A stretch of DNA of 64,000 nucleotides from assembly GCA_039621445.1 (NCBI GenBank), contig CP154954.1, positions 32,140,012 through 32,204,011 on the forward strand, written 5' to 3'. The position numbers were made by a program, and so were the translations under genes. The DNA is from Euglena gracilis (taxonomy: Eukaryota). Within the stretch, counting starts at the first letter, position 1. Every line of letters begins with the position of its first letter. Positions 13,956 through 27,596 of the stretch are shown one piece after another. The notes under the pieces were generated by a model. The model saw only the letters and a list, made by a program, of their open reading frames with translations, ran no database searches and had not been told where the DNA came from.

Positions 13956-16900
13956 GTGGATTGTGCACACACACGTTTTGGACGCACAGCCCTCCCTTCC
14001 CTGTGCCGCTCTCTCCCTTTGCGCCATGATGAATCGTCAGCCAACCGTTCACTACACAGTTTTGCACTGCACAAGCGCAACCTACTGAAAGTTGGGCATG
14101 TGAGGACACACCACAGCATGGGGCATTAGTGAATGAATACGAGGGACAAGCACATCACCCATATACGGGTGCAGGGCCCCTGCCCCGGACCACGGACGGG
14201 ACGTCGTATGGGGGGCAGCAACCACGGCTGCGGAAATGCACGAGACCTAGGCTGAGGAAATGCACGCTAGGTGTTTGTGTCAGCGTGTAGATAAAAAACG
14301 TTTGGGGTGGCTGGCAACCCATCGGTTGCGGGGGGGTGCTGGTGTGGTGGGAGGCAGGGCGAAGAATTGAAGACAACGGACAAAATGTGTCGCTCTGCCT
14401 GAAGTCCAACCCAGTGTTCCAGACGGAACAATGAGGGTCAAGATTGCCTGCAGCCACGATGGCGAGTGAAATTGAACACACTAGTTTAAATCAAAATCAC
14501 AAATCTAATTTAAATCAAATTTTAAATCGCATGTTAAAAATCTGAGCGAGCGTTACAGAAAATATTGAAAATGGTGGAAGCTGAAGGGGAAGAAACAAGA
14601 TTTCCATTGCCCGGCATTTGCTTATCTTTCAAGGATGCTCAACACCACCCCACCCTTGCAGGGTTGGGACTGTGTGAAAATTGGGCTTCTTTGGGGGGGG
14701 GGGACTCTCCTTTTTGTGCTCAGAGAAATGCAAAAGCAAACGATCCAATGCGGAATGAGGAGACTATTGGATTGGGAATACTTCCCGTTCCGTCCCACCG
14801 TGGCACACCACCGGACGGGATGGCTGTTGGCAGTCAACGTCTCGATGGAAAGGCGTCAGTTGGTGGGCAGGGTGGGGCACGGCTGTACAGGAAGGCCTGG
14901 TGGGGGGGGATCCAACCTACCCACCAGGATGGGGGGGGGGGCGGTCGACCTCCTGTACAACCCTGGGGTGGGGAGGGGGTCGGACACAAATCACTCCTCA
15001 CGTGAAAAGAGAGGCAGATGTGAGGGGGGGGGGGTGGAGAAGGCGATTGGAGGCCAGAAGCGGGGGCGGGGACGCAGCATGTGCCCTCGAAAACCGAGAC
15101 ACAAAAAAGGCAATAATAAAAGTAATGATAAAATAAAAACGTGAATAGATAATAAAATAAAAAAAACAAATAAAAGCAAATGAATAATAAACACAAATAA
15201 AACGAAAGTTGCATGAAAATCCCTCAGGGCCTGCCCCGGGAATATCTCCTGAAAAGGACTCAGAAAAAATTCACCTCTGCCCGGGGGAAATTTTTGTTTT
15301 ACATAAAAATGAATTTGTTGACCAAAAAAAATGCAAAATGACTCAAAAAAATGAGAAACTTTTGGTCCCAGGGGGAAACTGGGGCGGTTTTCGAAGTCAA
15401 AAGATTATCCAGCAGAAATGAAAAATAACGGGAAAAGACCACAGAAAAACGGAGGGGAAAAAACGGGGAAAATGAAAATTTTGCCAAAAAAATAGGGGAA
15501 AAAACAAAAAAAAATCTACAAAAATAAGTGTTTGCGCCCCCCCCCCCCCGCCCCACATCCCACCGGAAGCAAGCTGCAGGATGTGAACACTGGAGGTGGG
15601 GCACGGCACACTCACCGAGGAGATCTGAATTTCATGATCCCAGCTCTCTTGCCAGCCAATCATTTTTTTTGTTGTCAAACTTCTGAACCACTTAAAACCC
15701 CCGGTATTAATACAATCTGATTTGCTTGGCCGCAGGCTGGGGGGCAATTTTGATATCACATGAACAGGATGGTCCATCCAAACAGGGAAACATTATTAGA
15801 AAATCTGGTATTTCCTGTGATTTTTGCCTCCTGTGGTGTTTTTCCAGGTTGTAAACAAGAGTGCACCACGGGGTCACCGGCCCACGCTGTTCCAGCGTAG
15901 GCCTCCCCGGCCACCCAGGCAAACTTCCAAAAAATGACCGTTTTCCAAGTGTTAATCCTCCATTTTTGGGCTTTAATGGCTTTTTCCTCCTCTTGTTTGC
16001 GAACGTGTCGATCAAATTTCCTCCCAAGGCTCCTGTTCAAACTCAGGTCAAGGCAATCCCGGAAAAGAGATATGACTGTCTGGCCAGACATTCAAGCCCT
16101 TGCATCACTTATCTCAAGCACACATCCATTGAACAGTTTAACCTCGTATGAACCCCTCTCCTGGGCATGTTCCAGAGTTGGGGGGGGGGGGCTGTATCGA
16201 GGCCCAATCCGGCCTGGTTTTTATGGCGTTTATGCCTGCTCAATTTTGTGGGTGGGTGGGTGGGTCGACCACCCCCAACTGTGTGGATGGGGGGGCTCCC
16301 ACTTGTAACCCGTCTTGGAGTCGACGAACCAGAGACGATATCTCTTATACCCCAACTCTGGTGGAGCAAAATGAAAGATGAGCGGCATTAACTTGTGCTA
16401 TTTTTGCATTTCTTTTTCAATCAAAACTTGTGAAAGATGAAAGATGCCATTTTGACGAATTTTGCCAATTATCCTGCCTGGACGGCTATTTTGGATAGCC
16501 AAAATGCCCTCGAACCAAACTTCTGGTCTCGGGATAAATAAAAACCCAATTTCACATCAACTTCGGCCATTATTCCCTTCTTTTTACAAAATTTACAGAT
16601 TTGCAGCACATCAGAATGTTTCCACCCAACTCCTCTGCACAGCGCCCATCCACTGGGAGGGGCAGGCTCCCAACCCACTCCCACCCAGGTGTTTTTTTTT
16701 AAGACCGGGGGGGGGGTCCCCTCCCCACCCACCCACCCATCCACAGGGGGGTCCGGGGGACCCACCCACTTTCCCCCGAAAATGGCCAGAAATCGCCAAT
16801 GATGCTAGAAATAGCACATTTATCAAAAAATTTTCGGCGCCTTCGGCGCCAAAAAAGTATATCCTCCCCCCGGGGGATACCCCCCCCCCCGGGGGATACC

Positions 16901-17855
16901 CCCCCCCCGGGGGATACCCCCCCCCGGGGTGGGGGCTCGGCCAGACCCCACCAGGTTTTGAATAGTGCTGAGCTCTTAATATGCGCGCCAACCCCCATCT
17001 TTGATGCCCTATATAAACCGGCTCCCTGAATTGACGTTTTTCAATTAAAATGTGAGGGTGACAAGGGGTCGAAAAAAGCTCGTTTTCGGCTTAAGAAAAC
17101 TTTTTCCGGGTCCGGGAGGCCAAAAAACATGGGTTTGGGCCAATGTTTTTCGACTTTTTTGGTCTGAAAACGAGCCTGACAGTGGAAAAAGTGTACAAAA
17201 TGTCCCAAATTGGCCGAAAAACGGCCGTATCTAGGGCCAGGCGGAGAGTTGCGGGGAAATCAAAATACCAGTAGGAAAGGCTGACCGCAACAGTGGGGAT
17301 TTGGCGATGGGGGCGCTGGGCCTGGAGGCGGCAAGGCAGAGTCTCAACGAGGGGTCGGGAGCCACCCCCCTTCTCCTGTGCACAAAATTTCTTGGGTTCC
17401 GGGGGGAACCCACCCCTCGGTCCAAAGGGAGAGAGAAGAGGGGGGTGGTCTGGACCTTTCTCCCTCTGTACAAAACTTTTCCTTAATATCTTGGATTTGG
17501 GATTCCATGGCATGATTTGGCCTTGGGAAGGACGTTGTGGCAATGGCATGAACCGGAATGATGCGGCTAGCGCGGGACAGCGGTCGGGGTTCGGCCCACT
17601 TCTCAGGGACGTGCGCCGCAGCGGAGGGGGGTGGCGCTCTGCTGGGGCATCCCGGCACCGTCCTTTGCCAACACAGCCCAGACACAGCGTTGCAGCCCTG
17701 GGTCCGTCTGCAGAAAAGGAAGCATAAGCAGAAAAGAGACATTTTTGTGGGAGCAAAGCGAAAAAAAACATTCCTGATTTTTATTCCACGCAACGACTTT
17801 CTCGTCATTCTAGTCATTCTATGATTTTGAACTGTTGTTAGCGGGGGGGGGGGGG

Positions 17856-18252
17856 CAGGGTTCGATATAAGGACAGGGGGGGGGGGTGGTCCGGGCCCCC
17901 CCCCTGCGGGCCAGGAGGGGGGGGGGGGGGGGGGGACACCCCCCCACCTAAACAGGTGCGCGGTCAGGGTGGCCGAAAATTTTTGACCCCCCAAAACGAC
18001 CAAAAGTGCCATTTTGGGCACTTTTTGGGCAAAAATGTGCCAAAAATGCAAAAAATTTTCGGCGCGAAGCGCCGGAGGAAAAAATTGACCCTTTTGGGGG
18101 GGTCCCGGGAACCCCCCCGAGGGTCGGTCCGGACCCCCCTGGCAGGGGGGGGGGGTGGTCCGGACCCCCCCCCTGCGGGCCAGGAGGGGGGGGGGGGGGG
18201 GGGGGACACCCCCCCACCTAAACCATGTACGCCCTCCTTATATCAAACCCTG
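17856..18252. mobile_element. hAT-like MITE, same family as 1280-1619
   Basis: Same TIRs and highly similar interior; inserted in a G run (poly-G TSD). Confidence 0.9.
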
Positions 18253-19061
18253 GGGGGGGTGCAACAAGGTATGCAGCGGTCAAAGAAGGAAAACAAATGG
18301 GAAAAATGCAAACAATGCAAACCTCATGCTAGTTCTGTTACGACCTCCCCGCACTGTATACATCTCCTTTTTTTCCACTTCTGCTGGAGAAATTATTATT
18401 ATTTTCATTGTGCAACAATGTTTTGAATAATCATTCACATTTCCTTTCAAAAAAATAACAACAGAGCTTCATCAAACAACAAAAATAATGAAAACAAATT
18501 GCAAAAAAAGTGGAAATTTCAGCTTCAAATTGTCTGGGGAATCCCTTGGGATCCCTTAGCAGCCGGGCAAACCTTGTGTGCATTTCCAAAAAAAAAATAT
18601 TATTCAAAAAAACTGTTCGATTGGGAGGAGAAAATGCAAAACAGTCGCAAATTTTCACATTCATTATGAAAAAAAATTCAAATTATGTAGGAATACACAT
18701 TACAAAAAAAACTTCCACACTCCCCCCCCCCTATTTCAGCCACTTTTAAACACTCAACAGCACTGCACCACATTAAATTTAACTACATTCTTCCTTTTTA
18801 TTACCCAATGTTATTTTAGAACAAATCTGATCATTTAATGACCAGGAGTGCTGTACAGAGAAAAACGAAAACACAACGTTGCGTTCTCAATGTCCATTTT
18901 GTCTGTACTCTGACATGCCTTCAAATATCGCAGCCAGGCTTTCCAAAAAAAAAACACAAACAACGCAAAAAAAAAGCCGAAAGGCAAAGGCACGTTCCGG
19001 CGGCAGAGACCACGGCAGCAACCTTCGCAAAGGCGAACGGCAGGTCGTGGAACCCCTGGCT

Positions 19062-20703
19062 GGAGAAGCCCGGGCTCGGCTGGGAGGACAAAGATGACGG
19101 CGTTCCGCCGCTCCTTTGGCGGAGGGTTCCCCGGGGCCGCCGGAGAATGGACCATCTCCTCTGCAAACAACGGGCGGAGGTGGATGGGGCAGGCGAGAAG
19201 GGGCCCCTCACGGGCTCCTTATGCGCACACGTGTACCAAAAGTGCTCTCGCCAGAACGATTCATGAAAATAATAATCTAAAAAAAAATGACAAAATACAA
19301 TAAACAACTAAAAAAGTCCAAAACGCCTGGATGAAGGATTTTCGATGTAAAAACACATTTTCACAATTGAATTTCACAATCCACAGAAGGTAAAAGAAAC
19401 AACAACCAAACGCCACATCGGCATGAGTCCCTGTAATGATGACCCATTCATTTTCGCCCTCCCTCGAAGTCGGCTCTATTTGGACGATGTTCATTTTTTG
19501 CGTCTTTGTCGGCCCATAAGCCTGGGTTCTCCCACATAGGTTGTGGCTGGGACCGCAGCAAACTTGTGGCTGGGTGATCACCCCCCCCCAGAAGTGGAAA
19601 AGCATTTTGAGCAATTTTGTGCAACGTGCTTCCTCTCATAAAAGTCATGTGGCAGGCATCCATTTGAGAAACGCTGGGGGGGGGGGGTCTGGAACCCCTC
19701 AGCCAGTCTATAAAAAAAAACAAGTTCCAGCACAAAGCGACAGATAAAAAAAATTGCGGGACTGAAAAAAAAGCCCGAAATCGCGATTTCACACACTTTT
19801 TTGAAAAAAAATTGGCTGAAAGATATTCCAAAATTTTTACCATCTTCCCTGGTGCGAAATGCCGGAAATCTTTCTTGGGTCCCAGGACCCCAGATCATTT
19901 CACTGCTGGACCTCCCCCTGAACAGGGCCGTACGGGAATCCCCACAAACCCTATTGGTGGTGGGGGGGGGGTCGACCACCCCTCCCGGGTTGACCCCCCA
20001 CCAGTCCTTCCCGCACAGCCCTGGGGGGGTCACAGGCGCAGGGCTGCCTCAACTTTACGTCCGCCCCGTTTCCCCCATACGACCCAATTGACCTCCTGCC
20101 GCGAAAAAAAAAGGAGGTCCCGTCTCAGGTGTACTGGTGCCTCGCCCCGGGGGGGGGGGGGGGGGGGGGCCCCCCCCAGGCCTGGGGTGGTCTAACCCCA
20201 AAAAACCATCACTCGGTTAACACCCTGGGGGGTCGTTGTTGGAGACGAACGGACCTTTTGCCCGCTGGCCACCCGAGGCCTGGCTGGGAGAGGGCTCCGG
20301 GTCCACCTGCTCCAGCCGGTCGAACGAGGGGCTGCGGTGTCGCATCGCCGGCGGCGGCCGGGCGGCGGCGCACCGCGGCCGGCGTAGAGCGAGGCCCCCG
20401 GCGCTGTGGCCAGGGACCGGGGCCGAGGCGGGCGGAGGGCACCCCGGGGCAGGCGAGACTGGCCGCCGTCCCCCCAACGAGACCAAACCCCAGCCCCAAG
20501 CACGGCCCATGTGTCTCCCAGCGGCCACCCCACGCCCGCACCAGCTCCCTCAAGGCGCTGTTCCCCGGACTCTGGGCGCTTCCCTCGTTGCTTCGCTTGG
20601 CCGGGGGGCCGACCCACTTGGGGCCTCCCAACTTGGCGCCCGGGGGGGCAGGGGGGGCCGCCGCACAGGCATCGGCGCTGGTGCACGAGGCGGCGCAGCC
20701 CAT
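19062..20703 (-). CDS. 5' part of paralogous gene B encoding an MGCAASC... protein; further exons probably extend toward ~17 kb or beyond
   Basis: Exons 20578-20703 (MGCAASCTS...KRSNEGS), 20286-20405 (...RHRSPSFDRLEQVDPEPSP) and probably 19062-19184 (STSARCLQ...SPGFS). All are phase 0 and bounded by CAG(+4)/CTG(-8..-6). Confidence 0.7.
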
Positions 20704-21318
20704 CGGATGCCTCTGAAGGGAGGGGTCGCACAGGCACGCCGGGGGGGGGGGGGGCGGGGACCAGCCGCAATGTCACCAACCAATGCCATCAACGGTTCCG
20801 AGCAAATTTTTTCTTAAACGCCCCCAGGGGAGGGGCAGGGCAGAATGGGAAGGCCTGGTGGGGGCGCCTACCGTAGATTTTTCACCAATTTCGGCAAAAC
20901 GGGGATTCTGGCCGGGGAAATTTTTTTGAAAAGGGAACCCAAAACAAGTGATTTTTTGATGGAAAACCACATTGTTTCACAAAAAAACCTCAAAAAATTC
21001 AGGTTCATAAATTGATAGTTCTTAGAAGGAGGGTGAAAAAAATGCACGTCAAAAAAACTGGACCAAAATTTGGCACGGTCCATTAGCCAATTAGGGGGGG
21101 GGGGGTCAGCCTAATTGGCTCATGGCCGGGGTAAACAGGTTTTGAATAGTGCTGAGCTCTTAATGGGACTTTGCAGGCAATGGAAAGCCGAAAAGACCTA
21201 ACATTGCAAATTTCGTGTCATTTGTAAATTATAAATTACGCGAAAATACAGTCTTGCAATTTACAGTTGATTTTCAGTGCTTTTACGGTAATTTCTGAAA
21301 CGTTAATGAACGGTTAAC

Positions 21319-22060
21319 CAGGTTTTGAATAATACTGAGCTCTTAATAAGCGCGCCCCCACCCCTTCATTGACCCCCCCCCATATAAACCGGCCCACTCC
21401 ATCTTTTGACTTTTGACTTTTGAGGTCTTTTGACTGAAATGCAAGGGTTTTGTGGCATAAACGGGAGGCCAGGGGGTCGAAAACCGCTCATTTTTGGCTC
21501 AAAAAACACTTTTTCTGGGTCCGGGAGGCCAAAAAAACATGGGTTTGGGCAATTTTTTTTTCGATTTTTTTTCGACTTTTTTTTACCCACAGTCCACTGG
21601 TTTCGGGCCCAAAAAGGGGGGCGGGGGGGCCAAAAACGCTCATTTTCGGCTCCAAAACAGGTTTTCCTGGTCCGCGAGGCCAAAAAAACATGCTTTTGAG
21701 CAAAAACAATTTTTTCGATTTTTTCGACTTTTTTGACCCCAAATTGACCCAAAATCAATGGGTTTCGGGCCAAAAACGGGGGGGGGGGTAAAAAAAAACG
21801 CTCATTTTCGCTCAAAAACACTTTTTCCAGGTGAGGGAGGCCAAAAACCTTCCTTTCAGGCAAAAAAAATTCGATTTTTTTTCGACTTATTCAACCCCAA
21901 ATTGACCCAATTGGGTTTCGGGCCAAAAACGGGGCGGGGGCGGGTCGAAAAACGCTCGTTTTCGGCCCGAAAACACTTTTCCCAGGTCCGGGAGGCCAAA
22001 AAACATGACTTTGGGCAAAAATGGGCTAAAGAATGGGCAAAAATGGAACGGAAATAGGCT
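21319..22060. mobile_element. Repeat element starting CAGGTTTTGAATA(G/A)T(G/A)CTGAGCTCTTAAT with an internal ~160-bp tandem amplification
   Basis: Same terminus at ~16952 and ~21137. The unit GGTCCGGGAGGCCAAAAA...AAACGCTCATTTTCGG is repeated 3-4 times in 21470-22020 and occurs once at ~17060-17150. Confidence 0.65.
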
Positions 22061-25000
22061 GGCAAGGACAAATTTGGGGTAAAACAAAGTGATTTTTTTT
22101 CCTGCGTAATTGCACGCTTTCTTTTGGATTTCTTGCAGTTTCAATCGGGTCGGCCCAGCTCCAGCCTGGGACCCCTGAGAGGGTTCAACCAGCAGCCTCT
22201 TTCCAGCCAACCCAAATTATCCAGCCTCTGAGCTGGACCCCCTGGGGGTTGTCAAAAAAAAAACGCCTGGTGGAGATGACATCTGAAGTGGGTCACTGGT
22301 CGTCATTGGTCAGCGCAATAGCTGAGGACCCTTTCAACCTAGGGGAGGGGCAGGGCTGCCGGTGAATCCCGTAACGTTGGTGGACGAGGTCGACCAACCC
22401 CTTTCCCCGCTTCCAAGGGCGCCGGTTTGGGGCAAAATATTCCTTCGGAACCTATCGGCGGAAGGAGTTTTCGACTTCGCTGTCATTATCCATAAAGCTG
22501 TGGTGAGAAAGGGGGTGTAAACCCCACCAAGCTTTCCTGTGCACGCATGGGAGGGGGACAAATTGCTGTCGCCCATGGGTCCAAAGTGATGGGGGACGGG
22601 GAGCATCCTTTTTTTACAAAACAGATTCTTCCGAGGCTATGTTTGGGAGGCCCCCCCTTTGGGGCACCAAATGATTGGCCCTCCGGCTGCGGCAATAGCT
22701 GTGGGGGTCCTGTGGGGCCTTGGGCTGTTGGCCCCACCAGCCCAACCTTCGGGATTCGGAATGATCCGAGGCGAACTGTTATGAGGTCGCAGAGCTGATC
22801 GTCGGAATACCCCATTTGTCGCCGGTGCCAATGGCCTTGCATGGATGCCCCCTTGTGGGGGAAACGAGTCCAGCAGCGGCTTGGCCAGCCACAAGTACCT
22901 CCCCCCCCCTTGTCCAATCAATGACCAGCCCCTGTCATAGGCCGCAGGTTAATGCTACGTTGCACCTCCTTGTTTCTTGACTCCTTCCGCCCTTTTGTGC
23001 GGGGAAAAAAAATTGCGGAAAATTGCGGAGAATTGCGCAAAATTGTGGACAAATTGCAGTTATCGATTCCCCCCTGGAACCTGCAATGCCAACGGAGTTG
23101 CTTGCACTGCCAGATGTTTCGATGCATTTTTGTGCACAGGCAGAGGGACTGACTGGACTTTTCATGTCAGGTCGGCCCAAAGAAAAATGGCCGCCCAGCG
23201 CCGAAGGTGCAGAAAATTTCTGGTTCCTGTGGAATGGATGGGTTTTTTTTTCCACGCTGAAGGCCTTTCTGCTTCACACCTTCAGCAATAGTATGGTTGG
23301 GTTTGCTAATGTCTAGCCCTCTGACTTCCCACTGTCGAATTGAGCATCAAGAAAATCAATATACGACCAGTACTGTGCCACTGTCGCACAGCAGGTGTTT
23401 GAAGGGTGGGGAAGGCACTGTCTGCGGTAAATGATTGGCAGGGGAATAGGGAGAAATGGCTCGAAGCCAGTCACATGAGAGGACGGGACTTGGGCGACTC
23501 CCAAGTGCAAGAAAGCCTGTCACCGCCACAGGGGACAAAGGCAGAGGAAGGCGTGTCGCAGAGGAGGGTGGGTGTGCAGAGTCCTGCGCAGGTGCAATGT
23601 GTGGCTGACGGGGAGAATGAAATTTGGAAAGGGAAGCCCCCCATCCAGCACTTCCACTTCCAGGGTTTGGCCTGGTTGGTTGGGTTGGTGGGTTGGACCT
23701 CCGTATACGGTCCTTGACATACAGCACACCACCAAAGGAAGGCATTTCCCATGTCAGGCAAAACCTGGTGGGACTTTCACCAACAATTCTTTCATTTAAA
23801 CCCCCCCCCAATTGTAACCCCCCTGGCTGACCACCAAACCCGATCGCATCCTTGGCCGATCCTACAAACCCCGGGGTTTTTTCAAGTAATGAGTTTTTTT
23901 TAGTGAGGTGGTGGGGTGTCAAACCCTGATGAAAGTGAAACCCCAAATGACCAAAAACCTCCAAATTACTGATTGGCAAATGGCTAATTGGCACATTTTT
24001 TGAAGAATAGCGTTTATTGATAACTATTAAAAATCACCGGTAAGATAAAAATTGCAAAAAAAAATTAGCTTTGGGTATTTTGCGGCCAAAGAAATCGTCC
24101 CTGGCCGACCTTGTTTTTCTTCTACCAGGGGTTTGTCAGCCGTTCTTTGGTTGGCGAGCCTGTGGGGGCATTAGTGTGGGGAGTTAAAGACTACGATAAA
24201 AATAATTTGCTCCCCTGGCGTTTTTTATCAAAGAAAAATACTCAAAAAAGAAACCCTTCAAAAAAAACCTCAGTGTATGACCCCCCCAAAAAATGATTCT
24301 ACGAGTTATACAATCTTTATCCGTTTTGTCATATATGTTTCAATTAGTGCGATAATGCTTGTTCAAATAAAAATTTATGAATTTGATTGTAATTCATTTT
24401 GGACTCTCTGGCAGGATAAAAAACTTTGTGTTTTAAAATACACTAAATAAATACAACCCCTTTAAAGCACACTTGGTATTTTAATGAAGGACCCATGTCG
24501 CTTTGGAGGATTTGAAATGCATGCTAGTGGGCATCCAGACCCAAATGCAGGGGGCTCTTATGGGTGGGGTCTGAACAGTGGAATAATAAAACGACCAAGA
24601 GCAGCAAATTTTTTTAAATTTTCTGTGCCACAAAAATTTAGGCGTAGGGGAGGCTCCCCTCTTTTCCCTTTTGGATGGTCAAAAAGGGTCAGGCTTAAAC
24701 TCTTTTTGATACAAAAATATTTACTGACCCCCCATGGGGGAAGGTCACTTCCACTCTTCCAAAAACCAGTCAGTTACTTTTTTTTTGCGGAAAACCAGTC
24801 GGTCGCAACCCCCTGCTGACTTATCCCTGCAGGGTAGGGGGGCTGGAACGTGTTGAACTGGGCCTGTGTGAGCTCCAACTAGGAATGCAACACTCCAAAC
24901 TGCAAAAAAAATTCTGAAAAACGTTGGAAAATTTGTTATTTGACCCAAAATTTGGCCTGGGTATTTTATGTTTTCAACTCATTTTGAACTTTTTTGTCCT

Positions 25001-26460
25001 AGCAGTTTGATTGTTTTTAGTTGTTTTTTTTGGCCCAAATCATCTGATTTTGCCATCAGATCTCACCAAGTATGTACCAATGGTCACTGAGTCTGTCCAA
25101 GTGGCCACAAAATCGACAAAAGTGGGCAAAAATGGGCAAAAGATGGCTAAAAGCACTGAGAAGTGACCTGAAGTGACCACAATGCGCAAAAATGGCCAGA
25201 AGCAGCCAAAAATTGGTAAAAATGAGCCAAAAATGCATTCAAACAGCTTAAAGTCGTCTCAATTGCCAAATGCAGCCCAAAGCGACCAAAAGCCAAAAGC
25301 GGTCCAAAATGGACAAAAAAAAACGACCAAAAACTGCCAAGAGTTGCTGATTTGCAGGAAACTAGACAAAAAAAATATGGAAATGAAAAGCAAATGGGGT
25401 ACTGGTGGAAATTTGTGAAAATTGCACGTTCCGAAGCGATTCTTCTCACGCGGTGCACGCGGTGCGCCACGCAGTGCACGCGGGGCGGAATCATCCCCTT
25501 TGGCGACCAAATTTATTGCCATTGAATTCGCTGAAGAGGGTGAGGGTTCCAGGGCTGGAGAAAGGCTCCCCAACTCCCGGAGTGAAGTGGAGTCAAATCC
25601 AGCTGCAGCAGACACTCTAACCTTAATCACAGATTTTAGTGTTTGAAAGTGGTGAAAAATACCTTCTTTTTTTGAATAGGAAAATTAAAAATGTCCCCAA
25701 GAAAATGCTCCCAAAAGAGCGCTAGACAACTCATTTTCCTCTTTATGTTGTGTTTTTATCAATGTGCTGGAAAAACACCTTCAAATTTTTGATTTGAAAA
25801 AAGCAATGTTTTCTTGAACTCAAAAAATGCAGGTTCCCAGCAGCCATAAGTGTGGGCCTCGTGTCAGGTCAGCATGAAATGGAAGAGGTGGGGAGGGTTG
25901 GATATAAAGGCAGCTGTCCCCTGCTGGGGGGGGGGGGGTTAAAAACGCCATAAGCAATGGGGGAACCACCCATAAAGCTCGCACGTCGAACCCTGTCAGG
26001 GAGAAATAAGGCGGGGTGGGTGAGAAACAAATGGCGGGCAGCGGTGGGCAGAACGTCGGCACTGGAATGCAATGCCATGGTCCGGGCGACCTTCGGGCAG
26101 CGAGCCACGTGGCTTGGGAATTTTCGTACCTTTGCTGGCGGTTGGCCTTTCACTCACCAACATTGTTGAACACTTTAACAGCAGCAGTAGCGGCAACAAA
26201 CAACAACTACAACTACAACAATAGTAACAATAATTTAAAGCGCAGTGAGCAGTTCCCTTATCAAGGGGATAAAACCGTGGGCCAAATTCACAGGTGGCCT
26301 ACTTCGCACTTAAGAGGTAAACTTTTTGTCGATTGAGCAAATGAGTAAATGAAGTGGGGGACGCCCCCCACCTGAGCAGTTCACACCCAAAATGTCATTT
26401 CCGGTGAACCCCAAAAAATTCAAGGCACCTTCCCCTGGCTTTATATTTGGACGGGATTTG

Positions 26461-26492
26461 AAAAAAAAAAAAAAAAAAAAAAAAGAAAAGAG

Positions 26493-26524
<32 letters not shown>

Positions 26525-26536
26525 AAAAAAAAAAAA
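26461..26536. repeat. Poly(A)-rich tract
   Basis: Directly visible. Confidence 0.9.
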
Positions 26537-27596
26537 CAAAGATCAACAAAAACAACCCCCACAGGACAAAACAAAACCCGCAAAGGGGGTTGTTAGATTT
26601 AGTTTTTAGAAATCAAACTTTCCTTGGCAAAAAAATGGAGGAATTTGCTGGAAAATTTTTATATCTGCCCAAAATATTTCTGCTGTTTGTGAATGACACC
26701 ATTGGCGGGCTTTGCATTGCAGGGGGGGGGGGGGCTTCATATTTGGGCGACCAAACCCAATCCCCTGGGGGGTCACCATCTTTTTGTTTTGAAACATTTT
26801 CATATTTATAATGATTTAAATCCTTTCTTTGATTGAATAATTTCATGAAAACAAAAATCGCATATGGTATTGCCTTCGATGTTGTTTATGAAATGATATA
26901 GGAAAAAATGACTTCGGTCTTCTACATGAGAGAAATACTCTTTGGAATCTCGTGAGAACTGCTTCAGCAAAAAAAAAAAAAGGACACAGGAAGAGAAAAA
27001 AAAAACCTGAGCAATCATTGAAAATTGAGGGAAAAATCGATACGCAGTTCAGGAGAAAACTATTGAGTTTTGGCCATCGGTGATGCAGTGGTAGAATTGG
27101 TCTGGGACCCTTCCCAACATCTCCCACGCCAGCTTGAGGAGCACCAGGGGGGGGGGGGGCTGTCTCAGAGCCGGAAGGCTTCCCACCCACCACCAACTTG
27201 CAGACAATGGGGTCAGTGGACGGCAACGCCATCCTTGGCCGGCACCAGAGGAATCGCCACCACGTGTGGTCAGTGCTGCGGACCGCCGGTGGGGATCTCG
27301 TTGTTGCCGGCTTGGAAGGAAAGGGGCTGGGTTGGGGGACAGATTCCTTCGTCGATTTTGTTGTTGATTTTGTTGGTATTGCGCGATTTTGAGGAAGAAC
27401 AGAAAAAGATGTTGCCAGGCTGCTTTTCTCGAGGGACGCCCCAGGGGGTCCCCGTTCCCCCCGGCCTGCACCCCCCCCCCCCCGGGGGATGGAGGCATAC
27501 AATTTTTTACCGACCCCCTGGGGGGGGGGGGGGAAGGGGGGTCACTCCACTTTTCGAAAAACCAGTCAGTCACTTTTTTTTCGGGAAGCCAGTCAG

